A DNA stretch of 62,729 nt, filler included, from Thermodesulfobacteriota bacterium (GTDB taxonomy: Bacteria > DASVDK01): NCBI GenBank assembly GCA_036381125.1. It is 9 parts of 9 records of this genome, joined end to end, with 100 filler letters (N's around TTAATTAATTAA, not from the genome) between each part and the next. Parts side by side here need not be neighbours in the genome. Positions count along the whole stretch, not along the records: positions 31,641 to 41,121 come from DASVDK010000083.1; positions 41,222 to 44,401 come from DASVDK010000084.1; positions 44,502 to 47,094 come from DASVDK010000086.1; positions 47,195 to 49,360 come from DASVDK010000087.1; positions 49,461 to 57,416 come from DASVDK010000088.1; 4 more parts are not named here. One strand, 5' to 3'. The notes beneath the pieces are model-generated. The model was not told the origin of the DNA. It made no database searches and saw nothing but the letters and a program-made list of their open reading frames with translations. Within the stretch, counting starts at the first letter, position 1; each line of letters opens with the position of its first letter. Shown one piece after another: positions 39,483 to 49,648 of this stretch. Both the position numbers and the translations under genes were made by a program.

Positions 39483-40018
39483 GGCGCGCCGCCCTGCTTG
39501 TCGTCCTCCTCCTCGCCGCCTGCGGCGGCGGGGGCGGCGGGGGCGGCGGGTCGGGGACCGACACGCCCGCCGCGCCGCGGGGCCCATGGGCTGGCACGTG
39601 GCTTCTCTCGACCGCACGCCCGAGCGGCGGCTTCAACGCCACGTGCGTGGGCGCCTTCCCACCGTCGCGCTACCCGCTCTGGGACCCCCTCGGCGCGCCC
39701 GTGGTGTGTGGCCTCGATCAGTGGACGATGCGGCAGGCGGGCTCGGCCCTGACGCTCGAGCCGGTCGCGTTCCTCTGCTCGACCCTCACGCCGGCCCAGA
39801 CCGTCACGGTGTCGGGCTCGGGGACCGTCGTGCCCGACGCCGGCACCGGCAGCGTCACGCGGGAGGTGCGCTTCCCGGACGGCTCCGCGTGGACGGCCTC
39901 GTATCAGCTCCTCCGGACCGGCGGGGCCGTGACGCTGACCTTCGTCGGCGCCGACGCCCCCGGCGGCACCTGCACGATCACACCGCCGGCGCCCTGGTCG
40001 GCGACGATCGCGCCGTAG
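39479..40018 (+). CDS. Lipoprotein, beta-rich
   Basis: Lipobox LAAC followed by poly-Gly linker; ATGA overlap. Confidence 0.75.
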   Translation: MRRAALLVVLLLAACGGGGGGGGGSGTDTPAAPRGPWAGTWLLSTARPSGGFNATCVGAFPPSRYPLWDPLGAPVVCGLDQWTMRQAGSALTLEPVAFLCSTLTPAQTVTVSGSGTVVPDAGTGSVTREVRFPDGSAWTASYQLLRTGGAVTLTFVGADAPGGTCTITPPAPWSATIAP

Positions 40019-40119
40019 GCGCCCCCGAGCGCCGGCCTGGCCCCTAACCCCGCGATTTCCCGACCCTCCCGCGCCCGCTGGCTTGTGAAAAGATTCTTTT
40101 GTCGCCCCGTCGCTTTTTC

Positions 40120-40154
40120 TTGACTACCCCGTAGCCCCAGGCTACTGTGTAGCC
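40120..40154 (+). promoter_or_regulatory. Sigma70 promoter with overlapping operator repeats
   Basis: TTGACT-N17-TACTGT (40120-40148), T-rich upstream element; GACTAC/GTAGCC/GGCTAC/GTAGCC hexamers at 3-bp spacing. Confidence 0.75.
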
Positions 40155-40463
40155 ATGACGGACGGGGCGATCGAGCCCCGCGGGAGGGACAGAGCGATGT
40201 CGATCGAGCGGCGACGGACGTACACGGTGCAGACGATTCCCGGGCTCACCTGCCACGCGTGCAGCAAGACGATCACGACGCCGACGATGGTGTACGACGG
40301 CGTCAATCCGCACACGGGGCAGCGCGAGTTCTACCACCCGGCCTGCTACGACCGCCCGGCGGCGGCCTACACCCCGCCGGCCCCCATCGGCCGGTCGCGT
40401 GAGGGCTACGTCGAGCACGACCCGCGGGGGCTGTACGACCGTCACGCGCACGAGGAGGACTAG
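40155..40463 (+). CDS. Small phage zinc-binding protein (alternative start 40197)
   Basis: CHAC...YHPAC pattern; GGGAGG RBS before 40197. Confidence 0.65.
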   Translation: MTDGAIEPRGRDRAMSIERRRTYTVQTIPGLTCHACSKTITTPTMVYDGVNPHTGQREFYHPACYDRPAAAYTPPAPIGRSREGYVEHDPRGLYDRHAHEED

Positions 40464-40499
40464 CCCCGTCCGAGCGGGGCTCGCAGGGAGGGTGACGAG

Positions 40500-40940
40500 A
40501 TGGCGACGACGGTCTATCACGGCACGGACCTCTGGGGCGCGGCGCGTATGCTCCTGCACGGCATCCGGCCCGGCCTCTACGTGACCGACGCCGCGCGGCT
40601 CGCTGTGCGGTACGCGGCGGCGCAGGCGACCCGCACCGTGGACCCCGACGTGACGCGCCTGCCAGCGCGGGCGGTCCTCGTGACGATCGAGACCCCCGAG
40701 ACGGTGCGCTGGCTGCGACGCGACCGGCGCACCGCGCGGTCGCTCGACCTCTGCGAGGCGGTGATCGACGCGGGGCGCATCCTGGCCGTCGAGACCCCGC
40801 CCGACGCCGACCTCGACGCCTACCTTGAGGCCGGCCGCTGCCGATCGCACGCGACGCCGCTCCTCGGCGCGACCCGGATGGCCACGACGTGCCTGGCTTG
40901 CGCGTACGCCATCGTCCGCGCCGCGGTGCAGCCGGCCTAG
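40500..40940 (+). CDS. Putative ADP-ribosyltransferase-fold protein
   Basis: VYHGT...GLYVT...AVRYA...VLVTI...CEAV, resembling the H-Y-E ART pattern; GGGAGG RBS. Confidence 0.55.
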   Translation: MATTVYHGTDLWGAARMLLHGIRPGLYVTDAARLAVRYAAAQATRTVDPDVTRLPARAVLVTIETPETVRWLRRDRRTARSLDLCEAVIDAGRILAVETPPDADLDAYLEAGRCRSHATPLLGATRMATTCLACAYAIVRAAVQPA

Positions 40941-41017
40941 CCCCGCCCGAGCGGGCGCGCCAGGGCTCCCGGGTCCTGGCGCGCACGGTCCGACGGGGAC
41001 CAGAGGAGGGAGAGACG

Positions 41018-41121
41018 ATGGTGACCACGCTCTACACGCCGCACGGGATCGACGAGGCCAAGCGCGCGAGGGTCATCGACGAGATGCGGCGCCTCGGGGC
41101 GCCCACGATCCGCGTCGTCAA
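41018..41121 (+). CDS. Phage protein (truncated), possibly ParB/Srx-like N-terminus
   Basis: GAGGAGGG RBS; VIDEMRRLGAPTIRVV. Confidence 0.5.
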
Positions 41122-41221
41122 NNNNNNNNNNNNNNNNNNNNNNNNNNNNNNNNNNNNNNNNNNNNTTAATTAATTAANNNNNNNNNNNNNNNNNNNNNNN
41201 NNNNNNNNNNNNNNNNNNNNN

Positions 41222-42258
41222 GGCATGCCGTAGGAGACGGCGTTGCCGGCGAACTGCTTGAGGTCCCGGGCGTTGTGGGAGTCGAACGTGGCGAAGGAGA
41301 CGTCGACGCCGGCGTTCGCGAGGCGGCCGGCGTTCTCGAGCGTGGCGCCGACCCACTCGAAGTCCGGGAGGTTGTCGATCGGGTTGAGGATGACGGGGAC
41401 GTGGGCGCGCGCGATCTCGTTGGCGACGCGCCACCCTTCCTGGACGCCGGAGAGGACGAGCTTGAGGTCGTACTCGCGCGCGAGGCGGAGGGCGGCCAGG
41501 ATGTCGCTGGCGCGGTCGACGTCGAGGACGAGCGGGAGGCGGCCCTGGACGACGGGGACGAGGGCCTCGAGGTCGAGGCGGCTGAGCGCGTAGGCGCGCC
41601 GCTGGTTGGACTCGAAGGCCCGGCGGTTGGCCGCGTAATCCTTCGCGTCCTGGAGCGCTTCGCGCAGCTCGAGGATGGCCGCGCCGCGCGCGCCGCCGGC
41701 GATCTCGGCGCCCTGCGAGCCGAGGACGGCGTACATGGCGGCCGGCGAGCGGTCGATCATCGAGGCGGGATCGGTGCCGAGGTCGATGACGATCCCCTGC
41801 CCGGCGATGATGGAGTGGGCGTTGCGGCCGCCGACGGAGGGCGCGACCGCGGCGCGCGTGATCCCCTCGACGCGCTGGACCGGGATGACGGTCGAGAACG
41901 GGTTGATCCCGTCGGCGACGCTGAACGCCGCGGAGATGTGCGGCTCGTTCACGCTCAGGTCGTTCGTGCCCTGGACGGCGCCGATCTCGACGGCGCCGAG
42001 GCCGGTCGAGGCGTCGAAGAAGCCCGGGGTGACGACCTTGCCGGAGCCGTCGACGACCTGCGCGCCGGCGGGGACGGCGACGTTCGCGCCGACCGCGGCG
42101 ATCTTCCCGTCCTGGATGACGACGGTGCCGCGCTCGATGACGGGCCCGGCGACGGTGTAGATCTTCGCGTTCGTAATGGCGACGGTCTGGGCGTGCGCAT
42201 CGCGCGCCGCAAGGCCGGCGAGCAGCGCGAGGGCGGCGAGAACGGTGCGGCGCCTCAC
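41222..42258 (-). CDS. Exported amidohydrolase-family protein lacking the HxH metal motif (3' truncated)
   Basis: AITNAKIYT, VIQDGKIAAVG, PGFFDASTG; GTGA overlap with upstream paralog. Confidence 0.85.
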
Positions 42259-43679
42259 GGGATCACCTCCTGCGGGTCGTTGCCGAGCGTGAAATCGCTG
42301 GTGGGCTGGCGGCGCGGGTCGTCGCGGTCGTAGACGAGCGCGCCGTCGATGTAGACCTTCTCGGCCTTCGCGTAGACGCTGAACGGGTTGCCGGTCCAGA
42401 GCACGACGTCGGCCATCTTCCCGGGCTCGAGCGAGCCGGTCTGCTTGTCGATGCCGAGCGCCTTCGCGGGGTTGATCGTGATCCACTTGATGGCGCGCTC
42501 GGGCGTGATCTTGATCCCCGCCTCCCAGCCCGCCTCCATGGCCTTGGCGGCGTCCTGGTTCAGGCGTTGGATGCCGAGGGCGTCGTCGGTGTGGAGGATC
42601 GCGCAGCCACCGGCCTCGTCCACCAGCGCGATGTTCTGCCGGATGCCGTCGTACGCCTCCATCTTGAAGCCCCACCAGTCGCTCCACATGCTCGCGCAGA
42701 TCCCGTTCTTCACCAGCAGGTCGCGGATCTTGTACGCCTCGACCGCGTGGTGGAACGATGCGATGTGGTAGCCGAACTCCTTCGAGATGTCGATCATGTT
42801 CGCCATCTCGTCGGCGCGGTAGCAGTGGTTGTGGACGAGGATGTTGCCGCGCAGCACCTCGGCGAGCGTCTCGAGCTGGAGGTCGCGCTGCGGGCGCTTC
42901 GACGGATCGGCGCCGTTCTTCCGCCAGTTGTCCCAGTCGTCCTTGTACTTCTGCGCGCGGATCCAGGCGGCGCGGTAGCCGGCGACGTTGCCCATGCGCG
43001 TGGACGGGCCGCCGCGCTGGCCGTAGACCCGCTTCGGGTTCTCGCCGCACGCCATCTTGAGGCCGTAGGGCGCGCCCGGGAACTTCATCCCCTGCACGGT
43101 GCGGGCGGGGACGTTCTTGAGGACGACGCTGCGGCCGCCGATGAGGTTCGCCGAGCCGGGGAGGATCTGCTCCGTCGTGACGCCGCCGGCGAGGGCGAGC
43201 CAGAACTGCGGGTCCTGCGGCCAGACGCCGTGCTCGACCCAGACCTGCGCGGTCACGGGGTTCGTCGCCTCGTTGACGTCGTTGAGCTGGGCGCCCTCGA
43301 TCGAGGCGCCGGCGCCGATGTGGGAGTGCGTGTCGATGAGACCGGGCGTGACCCACTTCCCCGTGCCGTCCACGACGACCGCGTCGGCCGGCGCGCTCAC
43401 GTTCGTGCCGACCTCGGCGATCTTGCCGTCCCGCATGAGAACGGAGGCCCCCTGCATCACTGGCCCTGCCGCGGTCAGCACCGTGGCGTTCCGGATCAGC
43501 GTGGGCCGGGAGGGGAGCGGCTTGTACGTGGACGGGAACGGGTTCGGCGCCGTGTCGGCGGCCGACGCGGCGGGCGCGGCGGCGGGCGCCGGGGCCTGGG
43601 CGGTCCGCTGCGCGGACGCGCTGGCGCACCCGGCCAGGGCGAGGGCCGCCAGCGCCCATCGGGACGCTCGTGCGTGCAT
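42255..43679 (-). CDS. Amidohydrolase-family lipoprotein
   Basis: Lipobox LAGC; PGLIDTHSH, KMACGENPKR, HCYRADE, HTDD, GSLEPGKMAD. Confidence 0.9.
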   Translation of the reverse strand: MHARASRWALAALALAGCASASAQRTAQAPAPAAAPAASAADTAPNPFPSTYKPLPSRPTLIRNATVLTAAGPVMQGASVLMRDGKIAEVGTNVSAPADAVVVDGTGKWVTPGLIDTHSHIGAGASIEGAQLNDVNEATNPVTAQVWVEHGVWPQDPQFWLALAGGVTTEQILPGSANLIGGRSVVLKNVPARTVQGMKFPGAPYGLKMACGENPKRVYGQRGGPSTRMGNVAGYRAAWIRAQKYKDDWDNWRKNGADPSKRPQRDLQLETLAEVLRGNILVHNHCYRADEMANMIDISKEFGYHIASFHHAVEAYKIRDLLVKNGICASMWSDWWGFKMEAYDGIRQNIALVDEAGGCAILHTDDALGIQRLNQDAAKAMEAGWEAGIKITPERAIKWITINPAKALGIDKQTGSLEPGKMADVVLWTGNPFSVYAKAEKVYIDGALVYDRDDPRRQPTSDFTLGNDPQEVIP

Positions 43680-43849
43680 CGCGTGACTCCGTTGTGGGGG
43701 TCCGAGGGAGGCGTGAAGATAGGGCGTGAGAAGGAGGCGGGACAAGGTGGGGGTGCGGGAGGGGAGCGGGCGGGCGAGTCGGAGAGCGGGAGAGCGGGAG
43801 AGTGGGCGGGCGGGCGATCGCCGTTTCCTCCACTCCCCCGCTCGGCGGT

Positions 43850-44401
43850 TCAGAGCAGGCCCATGACCCGGAGGTAGTCGGGGCCGATGCGGAGCTGGCC
43901 GGTGACAGGGAGCGGGAGGGCGGCGAAGAACGTGACGGCGAGCCAGCCGTGGCTGAGGGCGAGGACGAGGAGGTTTGGGCGGCGGCGGAACGCCTCGCAC
44001 CAGGCCCAGCCGGCGCCGAACGTCACGAGCGTGAGGAGCGGGTTCGGGAGGTGGACGGCGGCGAAGAGGCCGGCGGCGAGGACGGGGGCGCGCGCGCCGG
44101 CGCCGGCGGCCTCGAGGCCGAGGAGGACCAGGCCCTGGAGCGCGTACTGCTGCACGAGGCCCCAGATCGGGTAGAGCGCGAAGCCGGCCAGCACGCTGGG
44201 CGGGAAGCGGAGCGTGCCGAGGGCGGCGCCGAGGAGCACGAGGGCGCCGCCGGCGAGCAGCGTCGGGGGGATGACGAGCCGCGCGGCGGGCGCGAACGTG
44301 TCGAGGCGGAGCCCGACGTCGCGGCGGCCGCTCCCGGTGATCCGGTGCAGCGCGCCGGCGATGAGCAGGATGACGGCGAGGGAGAGGCCGCGGCCGACGC
44401 C
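43850..44401 (-). CDS. CPBP/Abi-family intramembrane protease-like protein (5' truncated)
   Basis: WGLVQQ (variant of EE motif), FAAVHLP, SHGW; multi-TM. Confidence 0.7.
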   Translation of the reverse strand, partial: GVGRGLSLAVILLIAGALHRITGSGRRDVGLRLDTFAPAARLVIPPTLLAGGALVLLGAALGTLRFPPSVLAGFALYPIWGLVQQYALQGLVLLGLEAAGAGARAPVLAAGLFAAVHLPNPLLTLVTFGAGWAWCEAFRRRPNLLVLALSHGWLAVTFFAALPLPVTGQLRIGPDYLRVMGLL

Positions 44402-44603
44402 NNNNNNNNNNNNNNNNNNNNNNNNNNNNNNNNNNNNNNNNNNNNTTAATTAATTAANNNNNNNNNNNNNNNNNNNNNNNNNNNNNNNNNNNNNNNNNNN
44501 NCGACAGGGCGTGCTCGCGAGGCGGGTTCCCCAAGAGCCGGCTCCTCCTCCGGCCAGCAAGCCCGAGGGGCCCATGACCGCCATGGGCCCCTCGCGCCGC
44601 CGC

Positions 44604-44939
44604 CTAGCGGGTCGCGCCCCGCGCACCTCGACGCCCGTGACGCCTCGGCTGCTCCGACTTGTCGAGGACGCCGTCGCCGTTGCGGTCCAGGCGGTCGAAC
44701 CACCCGAGGCGAGACTCGGTGTACTCCTGCACCGAGATCGTACCGTCCCCGTCCTTGTCGAGCCGGGCCGCAGCCTCGGCCGCCGCGCTGGACGCCTCCT
44801 CCCGAGTGATCACGCCGTCCCTGTCCGCGTCGAGCGACCGGCGCGGGCCCGGGCCCTGCGCGGCGGCCGTGGTGGCCAGCAGGAGCGTCAGCCCCGCGAG
44901 GGCCAGCGTGGACTTCAAGGTCAGCCGTTGCATGCACAT
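44604..44939 (-). CDS. Exported EF-hand calcium-binding protein
   Basis: Signal peptide; DADRDGVITREE, DKDGDGTISVQE, DRNGDGVLDKSE. Confidence 0.85.
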   Translation of the reverse strand: MCMQRLTLKSTLALAGLTLLLATTAAAQGPGPRRSLDADRDGVITREEASSAAAEAAARLDKDGDGTISVQEYTESRLGWFDRLDRNGDGVLDKSEQPRRHGRRGARGATR

Positions 44940-45126
44940 CCTCCGTGTCGATACGCCGGCACCCGGTGCGCCGGCCTCACCCCTTCAACGCACGGCGGGA
45001 CCGGTTCCGTCGCAGGCGCCCTCGGGCCTCGCCGCCCCGCGCAGGCACCTGGAGCGTAGCAGGTGAGCGCTTGCCGACGGAATCCCGCGCGCGGCCCGTT
45101 GAAGGAGGCGGAGGGAGGTCAGGTAC

Positions 45127-46284
45127 ATGGCAATCCGAAAGACATCGTGGCGGGTCGCGGCCGCCCTGTCGGGCCTCGTCGTGATGCTGGCAGGCGGCCC
45201 CGCCGCCTACCGGGCGTGGCTCGTCGAGGCGGCTCCGGCCCCGCGCACGGTGACGGTCGTGCTCGGCGACGTGGAGCGGACCGTCACGGCCCTCGGCAAG
45301 ATCGAGCCGAGGGACTACGTGGACGTGGGGACCCAGGTCTCGGGCCAGCTCCGGCGGCTCCACGTCGACATCGGCGACGAGGTGACGAAGGGCCAGCTCC
45401 TCGCCGAGATCGACCCGACCGTCTACGAGACCCGCGTCCGCGCCAGCCGCGCCCGTCTGGCGGACCTGAAGGCGCAGCTCGCCCAGCGGCAGGCCGAGCG
45501 CGACCTCGCCCGGGCCCAGGCGGCTCGCAACCGGCAGCTCTTCGCCGAGGGGATCATCAGCCGCGACACGGTCGAGACGGCCGAGTCCGCCTACCGGGTG
45601 GCCGACGGCCGGATCGCCTCGCTCGAGGCGCAGATCGAGGAGGCCGAGGCGACCCTTCGCGGCGACCTCGCCAACCTCGGCTACACCCGGATCCACGCCC
45701 CCATGTCCGGCACCGTCGTCGCCCGCGAGGCGGTCGAGGGACAGACGGTCAACGCGAGCCAGACCGCACCCACCATCGTCCGGATCGCCGACCTCTCCAC
45801 CGTGACCGTTCGGGCCCAGGTCGCCGAGGCGGACGTCGTGAAGCTGGCGACCGGCATCCCGGCCTACTTCACCACGCTCGGGATGCCGGAGCGGCGCTGG
45901 GAGACGCGCGTCCGGCAGATCCTGCCGACGCCCGAGACGGTGAACGACGTCGTCCTCTACAACGTCCTCCTCGACGTGCCGAACGAGGACGGCCTCCTGG
46001 CGTCCGACATGACGGCCCAGGTCTTCTTCCTGCTCGAGGCCGCCCGCGACGTGCCGGTCGTGCCGATGGAGGCGCTGACGCGCACGGCCGACGGCTACCA
46101 GGTCCAGGTCCTCTCGGGGAACACCGTGGTGACCAGGCCGGTCGAGGTCGGGGTCACGAGCCGCACGGCGGCGGCGGTGGCGTCGGGGCTCGCCGTGGGC
46201 GACCAGGTGGTGGTCGGCGACGCGCCCGCCCGGGCGGCCTGGGCCCCGCCGGGCCGGGCCAGGCTGCGAGGGTCGGTGCTGTGA
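45127..46284 (+). CDS. macA: MacA-type periplasmic adaptor
   Basis: [35 protein letters not shown]. Confidence 0.88.
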   Translation: MAIRKTSWRVAAALSGLVVMLAGGPAAYRAWLVEAAPAPRTVTVVLGDVERTVTALGKIEPRDYVDVGTQVSGQLRRLHVDIGDEVTKGQLLAEIDPTVYETRVRASRARLADLKAQLAQRQAERDLARAQAARNRQLFAEGIISRDTVETAESAYRVADGRIASLEAQIEEAEATLRGDLANLGYTRIHAPMSGTVVAREAVEGQTVNASQTAPTIVRIADLSTVTVRAQVAEADVVKLATGIPAYFTTLGMPERRWETRVRQILPTPETVNDVVLYNVLLDVPNEDGLLASDMTAQVFFLLEAARDVPVVPMEALTRTADGYQVQVLSGNTVVTRPVEVGVTSRTAAAVASGLAVGDQVVVGDAPARAAWAPPGRARLRGSVL

Positions 46285-47094
46285 GCCCGCCGCTCCTCGA
46301 GCTGGTCGGCGTCGAGCGGGTCTACCGTACCGGCGGGGCCGAGGTCCGGGCGCTCGACGGCGTGTCGCTCGAGGTCCGCGCCGGCGAGTTCGTCGCCATC
46401 ATGGGGCAGTCGGGCTCCGGCAAGACCACCCTCATGAACGTCATCGGGTGCCTCGACCGGCCGACCGGCGGAACCTACCGGGTGGCGGGCGTCGACGTGG
46501 CCAGCCTCGACGCCGAGGCGCTGGCCGACCTGCGCCGGCACACGTTCGGCTTCGTCTTCCAGCGCTACAACCTCCTCGCCACGGCGACCGCCGCGGAGAA
46601 CGTCGAGATCCCCGCCATCTACGCCGGCCGCCGGCGGCGCGAGCGGATCGCGCGCGCTCACGACCTCCTCGGCCGCCTGGGGCTCGGCGACCGGACCGCC
46701 CACCGGCCCTCGGAGCTGTCGGGCGGCCAGCAGCAGCGGGTCTCGATCGCCCGCGCGCTGGTCAACGACGCCCCGGTGATCCTCGCCGACGAGCCGACCG
46801 GCGCGCTCGACAGCCGCAGCGGCGAGGAGGTGCTCGCGCTCCTCGCGGACCTCCACCGCGCCGGCCGCACCGTCATCCTCGTCACCCACGACCCCGGCGT
46901 GGCGGCCCGCGCCGAGCGGGTGATCCAGGTCCGCGACGGCCGCATCGTCGAGGACTCGGGCCCGGCGCCGGCGGTCCGGGGTCGCGGCGCGCCGGCTCCG
47001 GACGCCGCCGGCGCCGGACAGGCGCCTGGGCTCCTGCCCGGTCTCGCCGAGGCGACCAGGACGGCGCTCCGGGCGCTCCGGGTGAACCGCTTCC
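46281..47094 (+). CDS. macB: MacB-type ABC ATPase/permease (3' truncated)
   Basis: [24 protein letters not shown], start of permease region. Confidence 0.88.
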
Positions 47095-47194
47095 NNNNNN
47101 NNNNNNNNNNNNNNNNNNNNNNNNNNNNNNNNNNNNNNTTAATTAATTAANNNNNNNNNNNNNNNNNNNNNNNNNNNNNNNNNNNNNNNNNNNN

Positions 47195-47507
47195 GCTGTA
47201 CGAGGGCTTCGGGCTGCCGCCGCTCGAGGCGATGTCGTGCGGCTGCCCGGTGGTCGTCTCCGACACCGCGTCGCTGCCGGAAGTCTGCGGGCCGGCGGCC
47301 CTCTACTGCGACCCGAGGGCGCCGCAGGACATCGCCGCCAAGATCGACGCGGTCATGCGGAGCCCGGAGCTGCGCGCCGAGATGCGCCGGCGCGGGTTCG
47401 AGCAGGTGAGGCGCTTCACGTGGGAACGGTGCGCGCGGATGACGCTGGCGGTCGTGGACGAGGCGCTCGCCGCCGCCCGCCGGCCGGCAACGGGGGGACA
47501 CCGATGA
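47195..47507 (+). CDS. GT4 glycosyltransferase (5' truncated)
   Basis: [22 protein letters not shown]. Confidence 0.88.
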
Positions 47508-48706
47508 CGGGTACGCCCATGCGCGTGGCCCTCGTCCACGACTGGCTCACGGGGATGCGCGGGGGCGAGCGGTGCCTCGAGGTCTTCTGCGAGATCTTCC
47601 CCGATGCGACGATCTACACGCTCCTGCACGTGCCCGGCTCGGTCTCGGCGGCGATCGAGCGGCACCCGATCGTGACCAGCCCGCTCCAGCGCCTGCCGGG
47701 GGGCGAGCGGCTCTACCGCTACTATCTGCCGCTTTTCCCGGCGGCCGTCCGCACCCTCGATCTGACGGGCCACGACCTGATCCTCAGCTCGAGCCACTGC
47801 GTGGCCAAGGCCGTCCGCGTGCCTCCGGGCGCCTGTCACGTCAGCTACATCCACACGCCCATGCGGTACGTGTGGGATCAGTACGACCAGTACTTCGGCG
47901 ACGGGCGCGCGGGGCTGCTCGTGCGGATGGCCATGGCGGCGCTTCGGCCCGCGCTCCAGCGGTGGGACGTCTCGTCGAACGGTCAGGTCCACGCCTTCGT
48001 CGCCAATTCGCGGTTCGTCGCCGAGCGCGTCAGGCGGATCTACGGCCGCGAGGCCGACGTCATCGCACCACCGGTGGACCTCGACCGGTTCGCCGTCTCG
48101 ACCCGAGACGACGGCTACTACCTCGTCGTCTCGGCCTTCGCGCCGTACAAGCGGGTCGACCTGGCCATCGAGGCGTTCACGCGGATGCGCCGCCCGTTGA
48201 AGATCGTCGGCGGCGGCCAGGACCAGCGACGCCTCGAGGCCCTCGCGGGCCCGGGAATCGAGTTCCTCGGGCAGTGCTCCGACGACGAGGTCCGGGAGGC
48301 CTACGCAGGGTGCCGGGCGCTCGTCTTCCCGGGCGAAGAGGATTTCGGCATCGTGCCGCTCGAGGCCATGGCCTGCGGCAAGCCGGTGATCGCGTACGGT
48401 CGAGGGGGCGCGGTCGAGACGGTCGTCCCGCTCGAGGGGACCTCGGCGGACGGCGCGGGGGAGGAGTGGCCCACGGGCGTCTTCTTCCACGAGCAGACGG
48501 CCGGGGCGCTGTCGGCCGCCGTGGACACCTTCGAGGCGGCCCGGCACCGGTTCGACCCGGAGCGGATCCGCCGGCACGTCGAGCGATTCGATCGACCGCG
48601 CTTCCGGCGCGCCGTCGAGGCGTACGTCACCGCGCGCTACGAGGCCTTTCGCGGCCGTCCGGCGCCGGCGGCCGCCGGGTCGGCCGGTGCGGGGCGGGCG
48701 GAGTAG
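47504..48706 (+). CDS. GT4 glycosyltransferase (WbaZ/mannosyltransferase-like)
   Basis: VHDWLTGMRGGE, HTPMRY, EDFGIVPLEAMACG. Confidence 0.9.
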   Translation: MTGTPMRVALVHDWLTGMRGGERCLEVFCEIFPDATIYTLLHVPGSVSAAIERHPIVTSPLQRLPGGERLYRYYLPLFPAAVRTLDLTGHDLILSSSHCVAKAVRVPPGACHVSYIHTPMRYVWDQYDQYFGDGRAGLLVRMAMAALRPALQRWDVSSNGQVHAFVANSRFVAERVRRIYGREADVIAPPVDLDRFAVSTRDDGYYLVVSAFAPYKRVDLAIEAFTRMRRPLKIVGGGQDQRRLEALAGPGIEFLGQCSDDEVREAYAGCRALVFPGEEDFGIVPLEAMACGKPVIAYGRGGAVETVVPLEGTSADGAGEEWPTGVFFHEQTAGALSAAVDTFEAARHRFDPERIRRHVERFDRPRFRRAVEAYVTARYEAFRGRPAPAAAGSAGAGRAE

Positions 48707-48869
48707 ACGCCGTGGGTCCGCGTCGACGGGGCAGGGCCGGTCGGCCGGCTCGAGCGGCAGCGGGCGGCCCCCGGCAGGGGACCGGCCTGACAGGGAGACG
48801 ACGGATCGCCTACAATCGCCGGCAACGCGGCTCTGCATCGACCCTGCACGGCCGTATTCGGGTGGAGCG

Positions 48870-49360
48870 ATGGCGGAACCGATGATCGAACACCGACCGC
48901 GGCAACCGGACGTTGCCGGACGACGGCCGGATCCGGACGAGGTCGACCTGCGCGAGCTGTGGGAGGCGGTCAGGCGGCGCCGGCTCGTCATCCTGGCGAC
49001 GGCGCTCGGCTCGGCGATCGTCGCGGCGGTCGTGGTCCTCCTGATGCCCGACACGTTCGAGAGCCGCGTGGTGATCCAGGTTGGCCAGGTGGCGCAGGTC
49101 GCGCAGGGGCCGGGGGCGTCGGTGGACTTCACGCCCCTGGAACGGCCGAGGGACCTGGTCGATCGCCTGCGAGAGCAGTACCGGGTCGACGCGGACGACG
49201 CGCCTCGGCCGTACCCGCGCGTGGAGACGGTGGCCGCGGTCGACGACAGGAACCCGTCGTCGATCATCGAGATCACGGCGCACGGCCGCAGCGCCGAGGA
49301 GAGCCAGGCGTTCCTCAGAGGGGTGACCGACGGCGTGCTGGAACACCTTCGGGGCCTCTT
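48870..49360 (+). CDS. Wzz-family chain-length determinant (3' truncated)
   Basis: DEVDLRELW.AV.RRR, TM helix, P..FES. Confidence 0.75.
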
Positions 49361-49460
49361 NNNNNNNNNNNNNNNNNNNNNNNNNNNNNNNNNNNNNNNN
49401 NNNNTTAATTAATTAANNNNNNNNNNNNNNNNNNNNNNNNNNNNNNNNNNNNNNNNNNNN

Positions 49461-49636
49461 GGGATCGGCAGGTACCCGATCAGCGTCACCAGGAAGAGCA
49501 TCAGCGGGAAGAGGCTGAAGAGGAAGTAGTACGCGAGCTGCGCTGCCTGGCCCGCGCAGTCGTCCTCCGAGACCTCCTTCACCAACCGCCTGGCGACCTC
49601 GCCGACCGAGAGTCCGCGCAGCCCGGGTATCGGCAT
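49461..49636 (-). CDS. YihY/BrkB family membrane protein (3' truncated)
   Basis: EDD..G.AAQLAYYFLFSLFPL. Confidence 0.85.
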
Positions 49637-49648
49637 GGAGTCTCCATC

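Larger units (their letters stand above)
31641..41121. mobile_element. Temperate phage/prophage early and immunity region (whole contig)
   Basis: Dense small overlapping ORFs, RecT-like protein, divergent HTH pair, tyrosine recombinase, no host housekeeping genes. Confidence 0.88.

Noticed and set aside
43735-43815. Purine-rich GGAGAGCG tandem / G-quadruplex-like tract
   Set aside because: Short low-complexity intergenic repeat with no supporting evidence of function
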